Positions 1-13,000 of a stretch of DNA of 64,000 nt are shown here, in pieces (position 1 is the first letter of the stretch; each line of letters begins with the position of its first letter). The stretch is from the human T2T-CHM13v2.0 reference genome, Homo sapiens. Position numbers and translations under genes: made by a program. The notes below the pieces were generated by a model. The model searched no databases. It saw nothing but the letters and a program-made list of their open reading frames with translations, and was not told where the DNA came from. The stretch is from NCBI RefSeq assembly GCF_009914755.1, contig NC_060938.1, one strand, 5' to 3'.

Positions 1-58
1 GCATATATCCCAAAGAAGATTCTGAGATTGCTTCTGTCTAGTTTTTATGGGAAGATAT

Positions 59-76
59 TTCCCTTTTCACCGTAGG
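59..76 (-). promoter_or_regulatory. pJalpha/A-box-like motif in the alternate (non-CENP-B) monomers; representative copy
   Basis: ttcccttttcaccgtagg is the reverse complement of CCTACGGTGAAAAGGGAA. It sits at the position homologous to the CENP-B box, 171 bp upstream of the box at 230. Diverged versions occur in the other three A-type monomers. Confidence 0.7.
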
Positions 77-229
77 CGTCAAGGCGCTCCAAATGTCCAC
101 TTCCAGATACTACAAAAAGAGTGTTTCAAACCTGCTCTGTGAAAGGGAATATTCAACTCTGTGACTTGAATGCACATATCACAAAGAAGTTTCTGAGAAT
201 GCTTCTGTCGAGATTTTATATGAAGATAT

Positions 230-246
230 TCCCGTTTCCAACGAAA
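230..246 (-). promoter_or_regulatory. CENP-B box (17 bp), HOR position 1; recurs in every HOR
   Basis: tcccgtttccaacgaaa is the reverse complement of TTTCGTTGGAAACGGGA, matching the core NTTCGNNNNANNCGGGN. By periodicity there are about 188 box positions in the window (4 per 8-mer, 5 per 10-mer). Confidence 0.97.
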
Positions 247-571
247 TCCTGAAATGTATCCAAATATCCCCTCGCAGATTCTACAAAAAGAGTGTTTCAA
301 AACTGCTCTGTAAAAAGAAAGGTTCAACTCTGTTAGTTGAGTACACACATCACAAACAAGTTTCACACAATGCTTCTTTCTAGCTTGTAGGGGAAGATAT
401 TCCCTTTATCACCATGGGCCTCAAACCGTCTGAAACGTCCACTTCCATATACTACAAAAAGAGCATTTCAAACCTGCTCTATGAAAGGCAATGTTCAACT
501 CTGTGACTTGAATGCAGACATCACAGAGCAGTTTCTGAGAATGCTTCTGTCTAGATTTTATAGGAAGATAT

Positions 572-588
572 TCCCGTTTCCAACGAAA
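572..588 (-). promoter_or_regulatory. CENP-B box, HOR position 2; recurs in every HOR
   Basis: Exact tcccgtttccaacgaaa after taggaagatat. Confidence 0.97.
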
Positions 589-913
589 TCTTCACAGCTA
601 TCCAAATATCCACTTGCAGATTCTACAAAAAGAGTGTATCAAAACTGCTCTGTCAAAAGGAAGGTTCTTCTCTGTTAGGTGAGTGCATACGTCATAAAGG
701 AGTTTCTGAGAATGTTTCTGTCTAGTGGTTATGGGAAGATATTTGCTTTTTCCCCGTAGGCCTCAGGGCGCTCCAAATGTCCACTTGCACATGCTACAAA
801 AAGAGTGCTTCAAAGCTGCTCTCTGAAAGGGAATGTTCAACTCTATGAGTTGAATGCAAACATCGCAAAGACGTTTCTGAGAATGCTTCTGTCTAGATTT
901 GATATGAAGATAT

Positions 914-930
914 TCCCGTTTCCAACGAAA
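914..930 (-). promoter_or_regulatory. CENP-B box, HOR position 3; recurs in every HOR
   Basis: Exact tcccgtttccaacgaaa after gatatgaagatat. Confidence 0.97.
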
Positions 931-1251
931 TCTTCAAATCTATCCAAATGTCCACTTGCAGATTCAACAAAAAGTGTTTTTCAGAACTGCTCTATCAAAA
1001 GAAAGATCCACCTCTGTTAGCTGAGTTCAGACATCACAAACAAGTTTATGAGAATGCTTCTGTCTAGTTTTTATTTGAAGATATTTCCTTTCTCACCATA
1101 GACCTGAAAGCTGTCCTAATGTTCACTTCCAGTTACTACAGAAAGAGTATTTCAAAACTGCTGTACGAAAGGGAATGTTCAACTCTGTGACTTGAATGCA
1201 CACATCACAAAGAAGTTTCTGAGGATGCTGCTGTCTACTTTTTATACTTAA

Positions 1252-1268
1252 TCCCGTTTCCAACGAAA
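1252..1268 (-). promoter_or_regulatory. CENP-B box, HOR position 4 (in the shortened monomer); recurs in every HOR and twice in each 10-mer
   Basis: Exact tcccgtttccaacgaaa after tttatacttaa. Confidence 0.97.
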
Positions 1269-4200
1269 TCCTCCAAGCTATCCAAATATCCACTTGCAGA
1301 TTCCACAGAAAGACTGTTTCAAAACTGCTCTGTCAATAGAAAGGTTCAACTCTGTTAGCTGCGTGCATATATCCCAAAGAAGATTCTGAGATTGCTTCTG
1401 TCTAGTTTTTATGGGAAGATATTTCCCTTTTCACCATAGGTGTCAAGGCGCTCCAAATGTCCACTTCCAGATACTACAAAAAGAGTGTTTCAAACCTACT
1501 CTGTGAAAGGGAATATTCAACTCTGTGACGTGAATGCACATATCACAAGGAAGTTTCTGAGAATGCTTCTGTCGAGATTTTATATGAAGATATTCCCGTT
1601 TCCAACGAAATCCTGAAATCTATCCAAATATCCCCTCGCAGATTCTACAAAAAGAGTGTTTCAAAACTGCTCTTTAAAAAGAAAGGTTCAACTCTGTTAG
1701 TTGAGTACACACATCACAAACAAGTTTCACAGAATGCTTCTTTCTAGCTTGTAGGGGAAGATATTCCCTTTATCACCATGGGCCTCAAAACGTCCGATAA
1801 GTCCACTTCCATATACTACAAAAAGAGCGTTTCAAACCTGCTCTATGAAAGGCAATGTTCAACTCTGTGACTTGAATGCAGACATCACAGAGCAGTTTCT
1901 GAGAATGCTTCTGTCTAGATTTTATAGGAAGATATTCCCGTTTCCAACGAAATCTTCACAGCTATCCAAATATCCACTTGCAGATTCTACAAAAAGAGTG
2001 TATCAAAACTGCTCTGTCAAAAGGAAGGTTCTTCTCTGTTAGGTGAGTGCATACGTCATAAAGGAGTTTCTGAGAATGTTTCTCTCTAGTGGTTATGGGA
2101 AGATATTTGCTTTTTCCCCGTAGGCCTCAGGGCGCTCCAAATGTCCACTTGCACATGCTACAAAAAGAGTGCTTCAAAGCTGCTCTCTGAAAGGGAATGT
2201 TCAACTCTATGAGTTGAATGCAGACATCACAAAGACGTTTCTGAGAATGCTTCTGTCTAGATTTGATATGAAGATATTCCCGTTTCCAACGAAATCTTCA
2301 AATCTATCCAAATGTCCACTTGCAGATTCAACAAAAAGTGTTTTTCAGAACTGCTCTATCAAAAGAAAGATCCACCTCTGTTAGCTGAGTTCAGACATCA
2401 CAAACAAGTTTATGAGAATGCTTCTGTCTAGTTTTTATTTGAAGATATTTCCTTTCTCACCATAGAGCTGAAAGCTGTCCTAATGTTCACTTCCAGATAC
2501 TACAGAAAGAGTGTTTCAAAACTGCTGTACGAAAGGGAATGTTCAACTCTGTGACTTGAATGCACACATCACAAAGAAGTTTCTGAGGATGCTGCTGTCT
2601 ACTTTTTATACGTAATCCCGTTTCCAACGAAATCCTCCAAGCTATCCAAATATCCACTTGCAGATTCCACAGAAAGACTGTTTCAAAACTGCTCTGTCAA
2701 TAGAAAGGTTCAACTCTGTTAGCTGCGTGCATATATCCCAAAGAAGATTCTGAGATTGCTTCTGTCTAGTTTTTATGGGAAGATATTTCCCTTTTCACCG
2801 TAGGCGTCAAGGCGCTCCAAATGTCCACTTCCAGATACTACAAAAAGAGTGTTTCAAACCTGCTCTGTGAAAGGGAATATTCAACTCTGTGACTTGAATG
2901 CACATATCACAAAGAAGTTTCTGAGAATGCTTCTGTCGAGATTTTATATGAAGATATTCCCGTTTCCAACGAAATCCTGAAATCTATCCAAATATCCCCT
3001 CGCAGATTCTACAAAAAGAGTGTTTCAAAACTGCTCTGTAAAAAGAAAGGTTCAACTCTGTTAGTTGAGTACACACATCACAAACAAGTTTCACACAATG
3101 CTTCTTTCTAGCTTGTAGGGGAAGATATTCCCTTTATCACCATGGGCCTCAAACCGTCTGAAACGTCCACTTCCATATACTACAAAAAGAGCATTTCAAA
3201 CCTGCTCTATGAAAGGCAATGTTCAACTCTGTGACTTGAATGCAGACATCACAGAGCAGTTTCTGAGAATGCTTCTGTCTAGATTTTATAGGAAGATATT
3301 CCCGTTTCCAACGAAATCTTCACAGCTATCCAAATATCCACTTGCAGATTCTACAAAAAGAGTGTATCAAAACTGCTCTGTCAAAAGGAAGGTTCTTCTC
3401 TGTTAGGTGAGTGCATACGTCATAAAGGAGTTTCTGAGAATGTTTCTGTCTAGTGGTTATGGGAAGATATTTGCTTTTTCCCCGTAGGCCTCAGGGCGCT
3501 CCAAATGTCCACTTGCACATGCTACAAAAAGAGTGCTTCAAAGCTGCTCTCTGAAAGGGAATGTTCAACTCTATGAGTTGAATGCAAACATCGCAAAGAC
3601 GTTTCTGAGAATGCTTCTGTCTAGATTTGATATGAAGATATTCCCGTTTCCAACGAAATCTTCAAATCTATCCAAATGTCCACTTGCAGATTCAACAAAA
3701 AGTGTTTTTCAGAACTGCTCTATCAAAAGAAAGATCCACCTCTGTTAGCTGAGTTCAGACATCACAAACAAGTTTATGAGAATGCTTCTGTCTAGTTTTT
3801 ATTTGAAGATATTTCCTTTCTCACCATAGACCTGAAAGCTGTCCTAATGTTCACTTCCAGTTACTACAGAAAGAGTATTTCAAAACTGCTGTACGAAAGG
3901 GAATGTTCAACTCTGTGACTTGAATGCACACATCACAAAGAAGTTTCTGAGGATGCTGCTGTCTACTTTTTATACTTAATCCCGTTTCCAACGAAATCCT
4001 CCAAGCTATCCAAATATCCACTTGCAGATTCCACAGAAAGACTGTTTCAAAACTGCTCTGTCAATAGAAAGGTTCAACTCTGTTAGCTGCGTGCATATAT
4101 CCCAAAGAAGATTCTGAGATTGCTTCTGTCTAGTTTTTATGGGAAGATATTTCCCTTTTCACCGTAGGCGTCAAGGCGCTCCAAATGTCCACTTCCAGAT

Positions 4201-7200
4201 ACTACAAAAAGAGTGTTTCAAACCTACTCTGTGAAAGGGAATATTCAACTCTGTGACTTGAATGCACATATCACAAGGAAGTTTCTGAGAATGCTTCTGT
4301 CGAGATTTTATATGAAGATATTCCCGTTTCCAACGAAATCCTGAAATCTATCCAAATATCCCCTCGCAGATTCTACAAAAAGAGTGTTTCAAAACTGCTC
4401 TTTAAAAAGAAAGGTTCAACTCTGTTAGTTGAGTACACACATCACAAACAAGTTTCACAGAATGCTTCTTTCTAGCTTGTAGGGGAAGATATTCCCTTTA
4501 TCACCATGGGCCTCAAACCGTCCGATAAGTCCACTTCCATATACTACAAAAAGAGCGTTTCAAACCTGCTCTATGAAAGGCAATGTTCAACTCTGTGACT
4601 TGAATGCAGACATCACAGAGCAGTTTCTGAGAATGCTTCTGTCTAGATTTTATAGGAAGATATTCCCGTTTCCAACGAAATCTTCACAGCTATCCAAATA
4701 TCCACTTGCAGATTCTACAAAAAGAGTGTATCAAAACTGCTCTGTCAAAAGGAAGGTTCTTCTCTGTTAGGTGAGTGCATACGTCATAAAGGAGTTTCTG
4801 AGAATGTTTCTGTCTAGTGGTTATGGGAAGATATTTGCTTTTTCACCGTAGGCCTCAGGGCGCTCCAAATGTCCACTTGCACATGCTACAAAAAGAGTGC
4901 TTCAAAGCTGCTCTCTGAAAGGGAATGTTCAACTATATGAGTTGAATGCAAACATCACAAAGACGTTTCTGAGAATGCTTCTGTCTAGATTTGATATGAA
5001 GATATTCCCGTTTCCAACGAAATCTTCAAATCTATCCAAATGTCCACTTGCAGATTCAACAAAAAGTGTTTTTCAGAACTGCTCTATCAAAAGAAAGATC
5101 CACCTCTGTTAGCTGAGTTCAGACATCACAAACAAGTTTATGAGAATGCTTCTGTCTAGTTTTTATTTGAAGATATTTCCTTTCTCACCATAGACCTGAA
5201 AGCTGTCCTAATGTTCACTTCCAGTTACTACAGAAAGAGTGTTTCAAAACTGCTGTACGAAAGGGAATGTTCAACTCTGTGACTTGAATGCACACATCAC
5301 AAAGAAGTTTCTGAGGATGCTGCTGTCTACTTTTTATACTTAATCCCGTTTCCAACGAAATCCTCCAAGCTATCCAAATATCCACTTGCAGATTCCACAG
5401 AAAGACTGTTTCAAAACTGCTCTGTCAATAGAAAGGTTCAACTCTGTTAGCTGCGTGCATATATCCCAAAGAAGATTCTGAGATTGCTTCTGTCTAGTTT
5501 TTATGGGAAGATATTTCCCTTTTCACCGTAGGCGTCAAGGCGCTCCAAATGTCCACTTCCAGATACTACAAAAAGAGTGTTTCAAACCTACTCTGTGAAA
5601 GGGAATATTCAACTCTGTGACTTCAATGCACATATCACAAGGAAGTTTCTGAGAATGCTTCTGTCGAGATTTTATATGAAGATATTCCCGTTTCCAACGA
5701 AATCCTGAAATCTATCCAAATATCCCCTCGCAGATTCTACAAAAAGAGTGTTTCAAAACTGCTCTGTAAAAAGAAAGGTTCAACTCTGTTAGTTGAGTAC
5801 ACACATCACAAACAAGTTTCACAGAATGCTTCTTTCTAGCTTGTAGGGGAAGATATTCCCTTTATCACCATGGGCCTCAAACCGTCCGATAAGTCCACTT
5901 CCATATACTACAAAAAGAGCGTTTCAAACCTGCTCTATGAAAGGCAATGTTCAACTCTGTGACTTGAATGCAGACATCACAGAGCAGTTTCTGAGAATGC
6001 TTCTGTCTAGATTTTATAGGAAGATATTCCCGTTTCCAACGAAATCTTCACAGCTATCCAAATATCCACTTGCAGATTCTACAAAAAGAGTGTATCAAAA
6101 CTGCTCTGTCAAAAGGAAGGTTCTTTTCTGTTAGGTGAGTGCATACGTCATAAAGGAGTTTCTGAGAATGTTTCTGTCTAGTGGTTATGGGAAGATATTT
6201 GCTTTTTCACCGTAGGCCTCAGAGCGCTCCAAATATCCACTTGCACATACTACAAAAAGAGTGCCTCAAAGCTGCTCTCTGAAACGGAATGTTCAACTCT
6301 ATGAGTTGAATGCAAACATCGCAAAGACGTTTCTGAGAATGCTTCTGTCTAGATTTGATATGAAGATATTCCCGTTTCCAACGAAATCTTCAAATCTATC
6401 CAAATGTCCACTTGCAGATTCAACAAAAAGTGTTTTTCAGAACTGCTCTATCAAAAGAAAGATCCACCTCTGTTAGCTGAGTTCACACATCACAAACAAG
6501 TTTATGAGAATGCTTCTGTCTAGTTTTTATTTGAAGATATTTCCTTTCTCACCATAGAGCTGAAAGCTGTCCTAATGTTCACTTCCAGATACTACAGAAA
6601 GAGTGTTTCAAAACTGCTGTACGAAAGGGAATGTTCAACTCTGTGACTTGAATGCACACATCACAAAGAAGTTTCTGAGGATGCTGCTGTCTACTTTTTA
6701 TACGTAATCCCGTTTCCAACGAAATCCTCCAAGCTATCCAAATATCCACTTGCAGATTCCACAGAAAGACTGTTTCAAAACTGCTCTGTCAATAGAAAGG
6801 TTCAACTCTGTTAGCTGCGTGCATATATCCCAAAGAAGATTCTGAGATTGCTTCTGTCTAGTTTTTATGGGAAGATATTTCCCTTTTCACCGTAGGTGTC
6901 AAGGCGCTCCAAATGTCCACTTCCAGATACTACAAAAAGAGTGTTTCAAACCTACTCTGTGAAAGGGAATATTCAACTCTGTGACTCGAATGCACATATC
7001 ACAAAGAAGTTTCTGAGAATGCTTCTGTCGAGATTTTATATGAAGATATTCCCGTTTCCAACGAAATCCTGAAATCTATCCAAATATCCCCTCGCAGATT
7101 CTACAAAAAGAGTGTTTCAAAACTGCTCTGTGAAAAGAAAGGTTCAACTCTGTTAGTTGAGTACACACATCACAAACAAGTTTCACAGAATGCTTCTTTC

Positions 7201-8664
7201 TAGCTTGTAGGGGAAGATATTCCCTTTATCACCATGGGCCTCCAACCGTCCGAAACATCCACTTCCATATACTACAAAAAGAGCGTTTCAAACCTGCTCT
7301 ATGAAAGGCAATGTTCAACTCTGTGACTTGAATGCAGACATCACAGAGCAGTTTCTGAGAATGCTTCTGTCTAGATTTTATAGGAAGATATTCCCGTTTC
7401 CAACGAAATCTTCACAGCTATCCAAATATCCACTTGCAGATTCTACAAAAAGAGTGTATCAAAACTGCTCTGTCAAAAGGAAGGTTCTTTTCTGTTAGGT
7501 GAGTGCATACGTCATAAAGGAGTTTCTGAGAATGTTTCTGTCTAGTGGTTATGGGAAGATATTTGCTTTTTCACCGTAGGCCTCAGAGCGCTCCAAATAT
7601 CCACTTGCACATACTACAAAAAGAGTGCCTCAAAGCTGCTCTCTGAAACGGAATGTTCAACTCTATGAGTTGAATGCAAACATCGCAAAGACGTTTCTGA
7701 GAATGCTTCTGTCTAGATTTGATATGAAGATATTCCCGTTTCCAACGAAATCTTCAAATCTATCCAAATGTCCACTTGCAGATTCAACAAAAAGTGTTTT
7801 TCAGAACTGCTCTATCAAAAGAAAGATCCACCTCTGTTAGCTGAGTTCACACACCACAAACAAGTTTATGAGAATGCTTCTGTCTAGTTTTTATTTGAAG
7901 ATATTTCCTTTCTCAACATAGAGCTGAAAGCTGTCCTAATGTTCACTTCCAGATACTACAGAAAGAGTGTTTCAAAACTGCTGTACGAAAGGGAATGTTC
8001 AACTGTGTGACTTGAATGCACACATCACAAAGAAGTTTCTGAGGATGCTGCTGTCTACTTTTTATACGTAATCCCGTTTCCAACGAAATCCTCCAAGCTA
8101 TCCAAATATCCACTTGCAGATTCCACAGAAAGACTGTTTCAAAACTGCTCTGTCAATAGAAAGGTTCAACTCTGTTAGCTGCGTGCATATATCCCAAAGA
8201 AGATTCTGAGATTGCTTCTGTCTAGTTTTTATGGGAAGATATTTCCCTTTTCACCGTAGGTGTCAAGGCGCTCCAAATGTCCACTTCCAGATACTACAAA
8301 AAGAGTGTTTCAAACCTACTCTGTGAAAGGGAATATTCAACTCTGTGACTCGAATGCACATATCACAAAGAAGTTTCTGAGAATGCTTCTGTCGAGATTT
8401 TATATGAAGATATTCCCGTTTCCAACGAAATGCTGAAATCTATCCAAATATCCCCTCGCAGATTCTACAAAAAGAGTGTTTCAAAACTGCTCTGTGAAAA
8501 GAAAGGTTCAACTCTGTTAGTTGAGTACACACATCACAAACAAGTTTCACAGAATGCTTCTTTCTAGCTTGTAGGGGAAGATATTCCCTTTATCACCATG
8601 GGCCTCAAACCGTCCGATAAGTCCACTTCCATATACTACAAAAAGAGCGTTTCAAACCTGCTCT

Positions 8665-10026
8665 ATGAAAGGCAATGTTCAACTCTGTGACTTGAATGCA
8701 GACATCACAGAGCAGTTTCTGAGAATGCTTCTGTCTAGATTTTATAGGAAGATATTCCCGTTTCCAACGAAATCTTCACAGCTATCCAAATATCCACTTG
8801 CAGATTCTACAAAAAGAGTGTATCAAAACTGCTCTGTCAAAAGGAAGGTTCTTCTCTGTTAGGTGAGTGCATACGTCATAAAGGAGTTTCTGAGAATGTT
8901 TCTGCTAGTGGTTATGGGAAGATATTTGCTTTTTCACCGTAGGCCTCAGAGCGCTCCAAATATCCACTTGCACATACTACAAAAAGAGTGCTTCAAAGCT
9001 GCTCTCTGAAACGGAATGTTCAACTCTATGAGTTGAATGCAAACATCGCAAAGACGTTTCTGAGAATGCTTCTGTCTAGATTTGATATGAAGATATTCCC
9101 GTTTCCAACGAAATCTTCAAATCTATCCAAATGTCCACTTGCAGATTCAACAAAAAGTGTTTTTCAGAACTGCTCTATCAAAAGAAAGATCCCCCTCTGT
9201 TAGCTGAGTTCACACATCACAAACAAGTTTATGAGAATGCTTCTGTCTAGTTTTTATTTGAAGATATTTCCTTTCTCACCATAGAGCTGAAGCTGTCCTA
9301 ATGTTCACTTCCAGATACTACAGAAAGAGTGTTTCAAAACTGCTGTACGAAAGGGAATGTTCAACTATGTGACTTGAATGCACACATCACAAAGAAGTTT
9401 CTGAGGATGCTGCTGTCTACTTTTTATACGTAATCCCGTTTCCAACGAAATCCTCCAAGCTATCCAAATATCCACTTGCAGATTCCACAGAAAGACTGTT
9501 TCAAAACTGCTCTGTCAATAGAAAGGTTCAACTCTGTTAGCTGCGTGCATATATCCCAAAGAAGATTCTGAGATTGCTTCTGTCTAGTTTTTATGGGAAG
9601 ATATTTCCCTTTTCACCGTAGGCGTCAAGGCGCTCCAAATGTCCACTTCCAGATACTACAAAAAGAGTGTTTCAAACCTACTCTGTGAAAGGGAATATTC
9701 AACTCTGTGACTTGAATGCACATATCACAAAGAAGTTTCTGAGAATGCTTCTGTCGAGATTTTATATGAAGATATTCCCGTTTCCAACGAAATCCTGAAA
9801 TCTATCCAAATATCCCCTCGCAGATTCTTCAAAAAGAGTGTTTCAAAACTGCTCTGTGAAAAGAAAGGTTCAACTCTGTTAGTTGAGTACACACATCACA
9901 AACAAGTTTCACAGAATGCTTCTTTCTAGCTTGTAGGGGAAGATATTCCCTTTATTACCATGGGCCTCCAACCGTCCGAAACATCCACTTCCATATACTA
10001 CAAAAAGAGCGTTTCAAACCTGCTCT
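8665..10026 (-). repeat. 8-mer HOR copy shortened to 1362 bp by two 1-bp deletions
   Basis: tctgctagtg (normally tctgtctagtg) at ~8904 and gctgaagctg (normally gctgaaagctg) at ~9290. The landmark interval 8665->10027 is 1362 bp. Confidence 0.9.
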
Positions 10027-13000
10027 ATGAAAGGCAATGTTCAACTCTGTGACTTGAATGCAGACATCACAGAGCAGTTTCTGAGAATGCTTCTGTCTAG
10101 ATTTTATAGGAAGCTATTCCCGTTTCCAACGAAATCTTCACAGCTATCCAAATATCCACTTGCAGATTCTACAAAAAGAGTGTATCAAAACTGCTCTGTC
10201 AAAAGGAAGGTTCTTTTCTGTTAGGTGAGTGCATACGTCATAAAGGAGTTTCTGAGAATGTTTCTGTCTAGTGGTTATGGGAAGATATTTGCTTTTTCAC
10301 CGTAGGCCTCAGAGCGCTCCAAATATCTACTTGCACATACTACAAAAAGAGTGCCTCAAAGCTGCTCTCTGAAACGGAATGTTCAACTCTATGAGTTGAA
10401 TGCAAACATCACAAAGACGTTTCTGAGAATGCTTCTGTCTAGATTTGATATGAAGATATTCCCGTTTCCAACGAAATCTTCAAATCTATCCAAATGTCCA
10501 CTTGCAGATTCAACAAAAAGTGTTTTTCAGAACTGCTCTATCAAAAGAAAGATCCACCTCTGTTAGCTGAGTTCACACACCACAAACAAGTTTATGAGAA
10601 TGCTTCTGTCTAGTTTTTATTTGAAGATATTTCCTTTCTCACCATAGAGCTGAAAGCTGTCCAAATGTTCACTTCCAGATACTACAGAAAGAGTGTTTCA
10701 AAACTGCTGTACGAAAGGGAATGTTCAACTCTGTGACTTGAATGCACACATCACAAAGAACTTTCTGAGGATGCTGCTGTCTACTTTTTATACGTAATCC
10801 CGTTTCCAACGAAATCCTCCAAGCTATCCAAATATCCACTTGCAGATTCCACAGAAAGACTGTTTCAAAACTGCTCTGTCAATAGAAAGGTTCAACTCTG
10901 TTAGCTGCGTGCATATATCCCAAAGAAGATTCTGAGATTGCTTCTGTCTAGTTTTTATGGGAAGATATTTCCCTTTTCACCGTAGGCGTCAAGGCGCTCC
11001 AAATGTCCACTTCCAGATACTACAAAAAGAGTGTTTCAAACCTACTCTGTGAAAGGGAATATTCAACTCTGTGACTTGAATGCACATATCACAAGGAAGT
11101 TTCTGAGAATGCTTCTGTCGAGATTTTATATGAAGATATTCCCGTTTCCAACGAAATCCTGAAATCTATCCAAATATCCCCTCGCAGATTCTACAAAAAG
11201 AGTGTTTCAAAACTGCTCTTTAAAAAGAAAGGTTCAACTCTGTTAGTTGAGTACACACATCACAAACAAGTTTCACAGAATGCTTCTTTCTAGCTTGTAG
11301 GGGAAGATATTCCCTTTATCACCATGGGCCTCCAACCGTCCGATAAGTCCACTTCCATATACTACAAAAAGAGCGTTTCAAACCTGCTCTATGAAAGGCA
11401 ATGTTCAACTCTGTGACTTGAATGCAGACATCACAGAGCAGTTTCTGAGAATGCTTCTGTCTAGATTTTATAGGAAGATATTCCCGTTTCCAACGAAATC
11501 TTCACAGCTATCCAAATATCCACTTGCAGATTCTACAAAAAGAGTGTATCAAAACTGCTCTGTCAAAAGGAAGGTTCTTCTCTGTTAGGTGAGTGCATAC
11601 GTCATAAAGGAGTTTCTGAGAATGTTTCTCTCTAGTGGTTATGGGAAGATATTTCCTTTTTCCCCGTAGGCCTCAGGGCGCTCCAAATGTCCACTTGCAC
11701 ATGCTACAAAAAGAGTGCTTCAAAGCTGCTCTCTGAAAGGGAATGTTCAACTCTATGAGTTGAATGCAAACATCACAAAGACGTTTCTGAGAATGCTTCT
11801 GTCTAGATTTGATATGAAGATATTCCCGTTTCCAACGAAATCTTCAAATCTATCCAAATGTCCACTTGCAGATTCAACAAAAAGTGTTTTTCAGAACTGC
11901 TCTATCAAAAGAAAGATCCACCTCTGTTAGCTGAGTTCAGACATCACAAACAAGTTTATGAGAATGCTTCTGTCTAGTTTTTATTTGAAGATATTTCCTT
12001 TCTCACCATAGACCTGAAAGCTGTCCTAATGTTCACTTCCAGTTACTACAGAAAGAGTGTTTCAAAACTGCTGTACGAAAGGGAATGTTCAACTCTGTGA
12101 CTTGAATGCACACATCACAAAGAAGTTTCTGAGGATGCTGCTGTCTACTTTTTATACTTAATCCCGTTTCCAACGAAATCCTCCAAGCTATCCAAATATC
12201 CACTTGCAGATTCCACAGAAAGACTGTTTCAAAACTGCTCTGTCAATAGAAAGGTTCAACTCTGTTAGCTGCGTGCATATATCCCAAAGAAGATTCTGAG
12301 ATTGCTTCTGTCTAGTTTTTATGGGAAGATATTTCCCTTTTCACCGTAGGCGTCAAGGCGCTCCAAATGTCCACTTCCAGATACTACAAAAAGAGTGTTT
12401 CAAACCTACTCTGTGAAAGGGAATATTCAACTCTGTGACTTGAATGCACATATCACAAGGAAGTTTCTGAGAATGCTTCTGTCGAGATTTTATATGAAGA
12501 TATTCCCGTTTCCAACGAAATCCTGAAATCTATCCAAATATCCCCTCGCAGATTCTACAAAAAGAGTGTTTCAAAACTGCTCTGTAAAAAGAAAGGTTCA
12601 ACTCTGTTAGTTGAGTACACACATCACAAACAAGTTTCACAGAATGCTTCTTTCTAGCTTGTAGGGGAAGATATTCCCTTTATCACCATGGGCCTCCAAC
12701 CGTCCGATAAGTCCACTTCCATATACTACAAAAAGAGCGTTTCAAACCTGCTCTATGAAAGGCAATGTTCAACTCTGTGACTTGAATGCAGACATCACAG
12801 AGCAGTTTCTGAGAATGCTTCTGTCTAGATTTTATAGGAAGATATTCCCGTTTCCAACGAAATCTTCACAGCTATCCAAATATCCACTTGCAGATTCTAC
12901 AAAAAGAGTGTATCAAAACTGCTCTGTCAAAAGGAAGGTTCTTTTCTGTTAGGTGAGTGCATACGTCATAAAGGAGTTTCTGAGAATGTTTCTGTCTAGT

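Larger units (their letters stand above)
481..1844 (-). repeat. Representative 8-mer HOR unit (1364 bp = dimers of 342+342+338+342); dimeric SF2-type, probably S2C14/22H1L (D14Z9/D22Z1)
   Basis: CENP-B boxes start at 230, 572, 914, 1252 and 1594 (spacings 342, 342, 338, 342). The 338-bp dimer has a 4-bp shorter segment before its box (tatac[g/t]taatcccg vs tatatgaagatattcccg). Chromosome assignment rests on the 8-mer size, the dimeric A/B structure and recalled sequence. Other SF2 arrays with 8-mer units (chr18, chr20) are not excluded without alignment. Confidence 0.65.

Noticed and set aside
661-690. Splice-like motif (ctctgttag/gtgagt) once per HOR
   Set aside because: A short chance match within a monomer variant, with no exon structure or supporting evidence in the sequence.
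481-1844. Assignment to D18Z1 or the chr20 array
   Set aside because: Considered because both are SF2 arrays with 8-mer units. D18Z1 is classically EcoRI-defined and I see no periodic GAATTC here. Not formally excluded without alignment to HOR consensus models.
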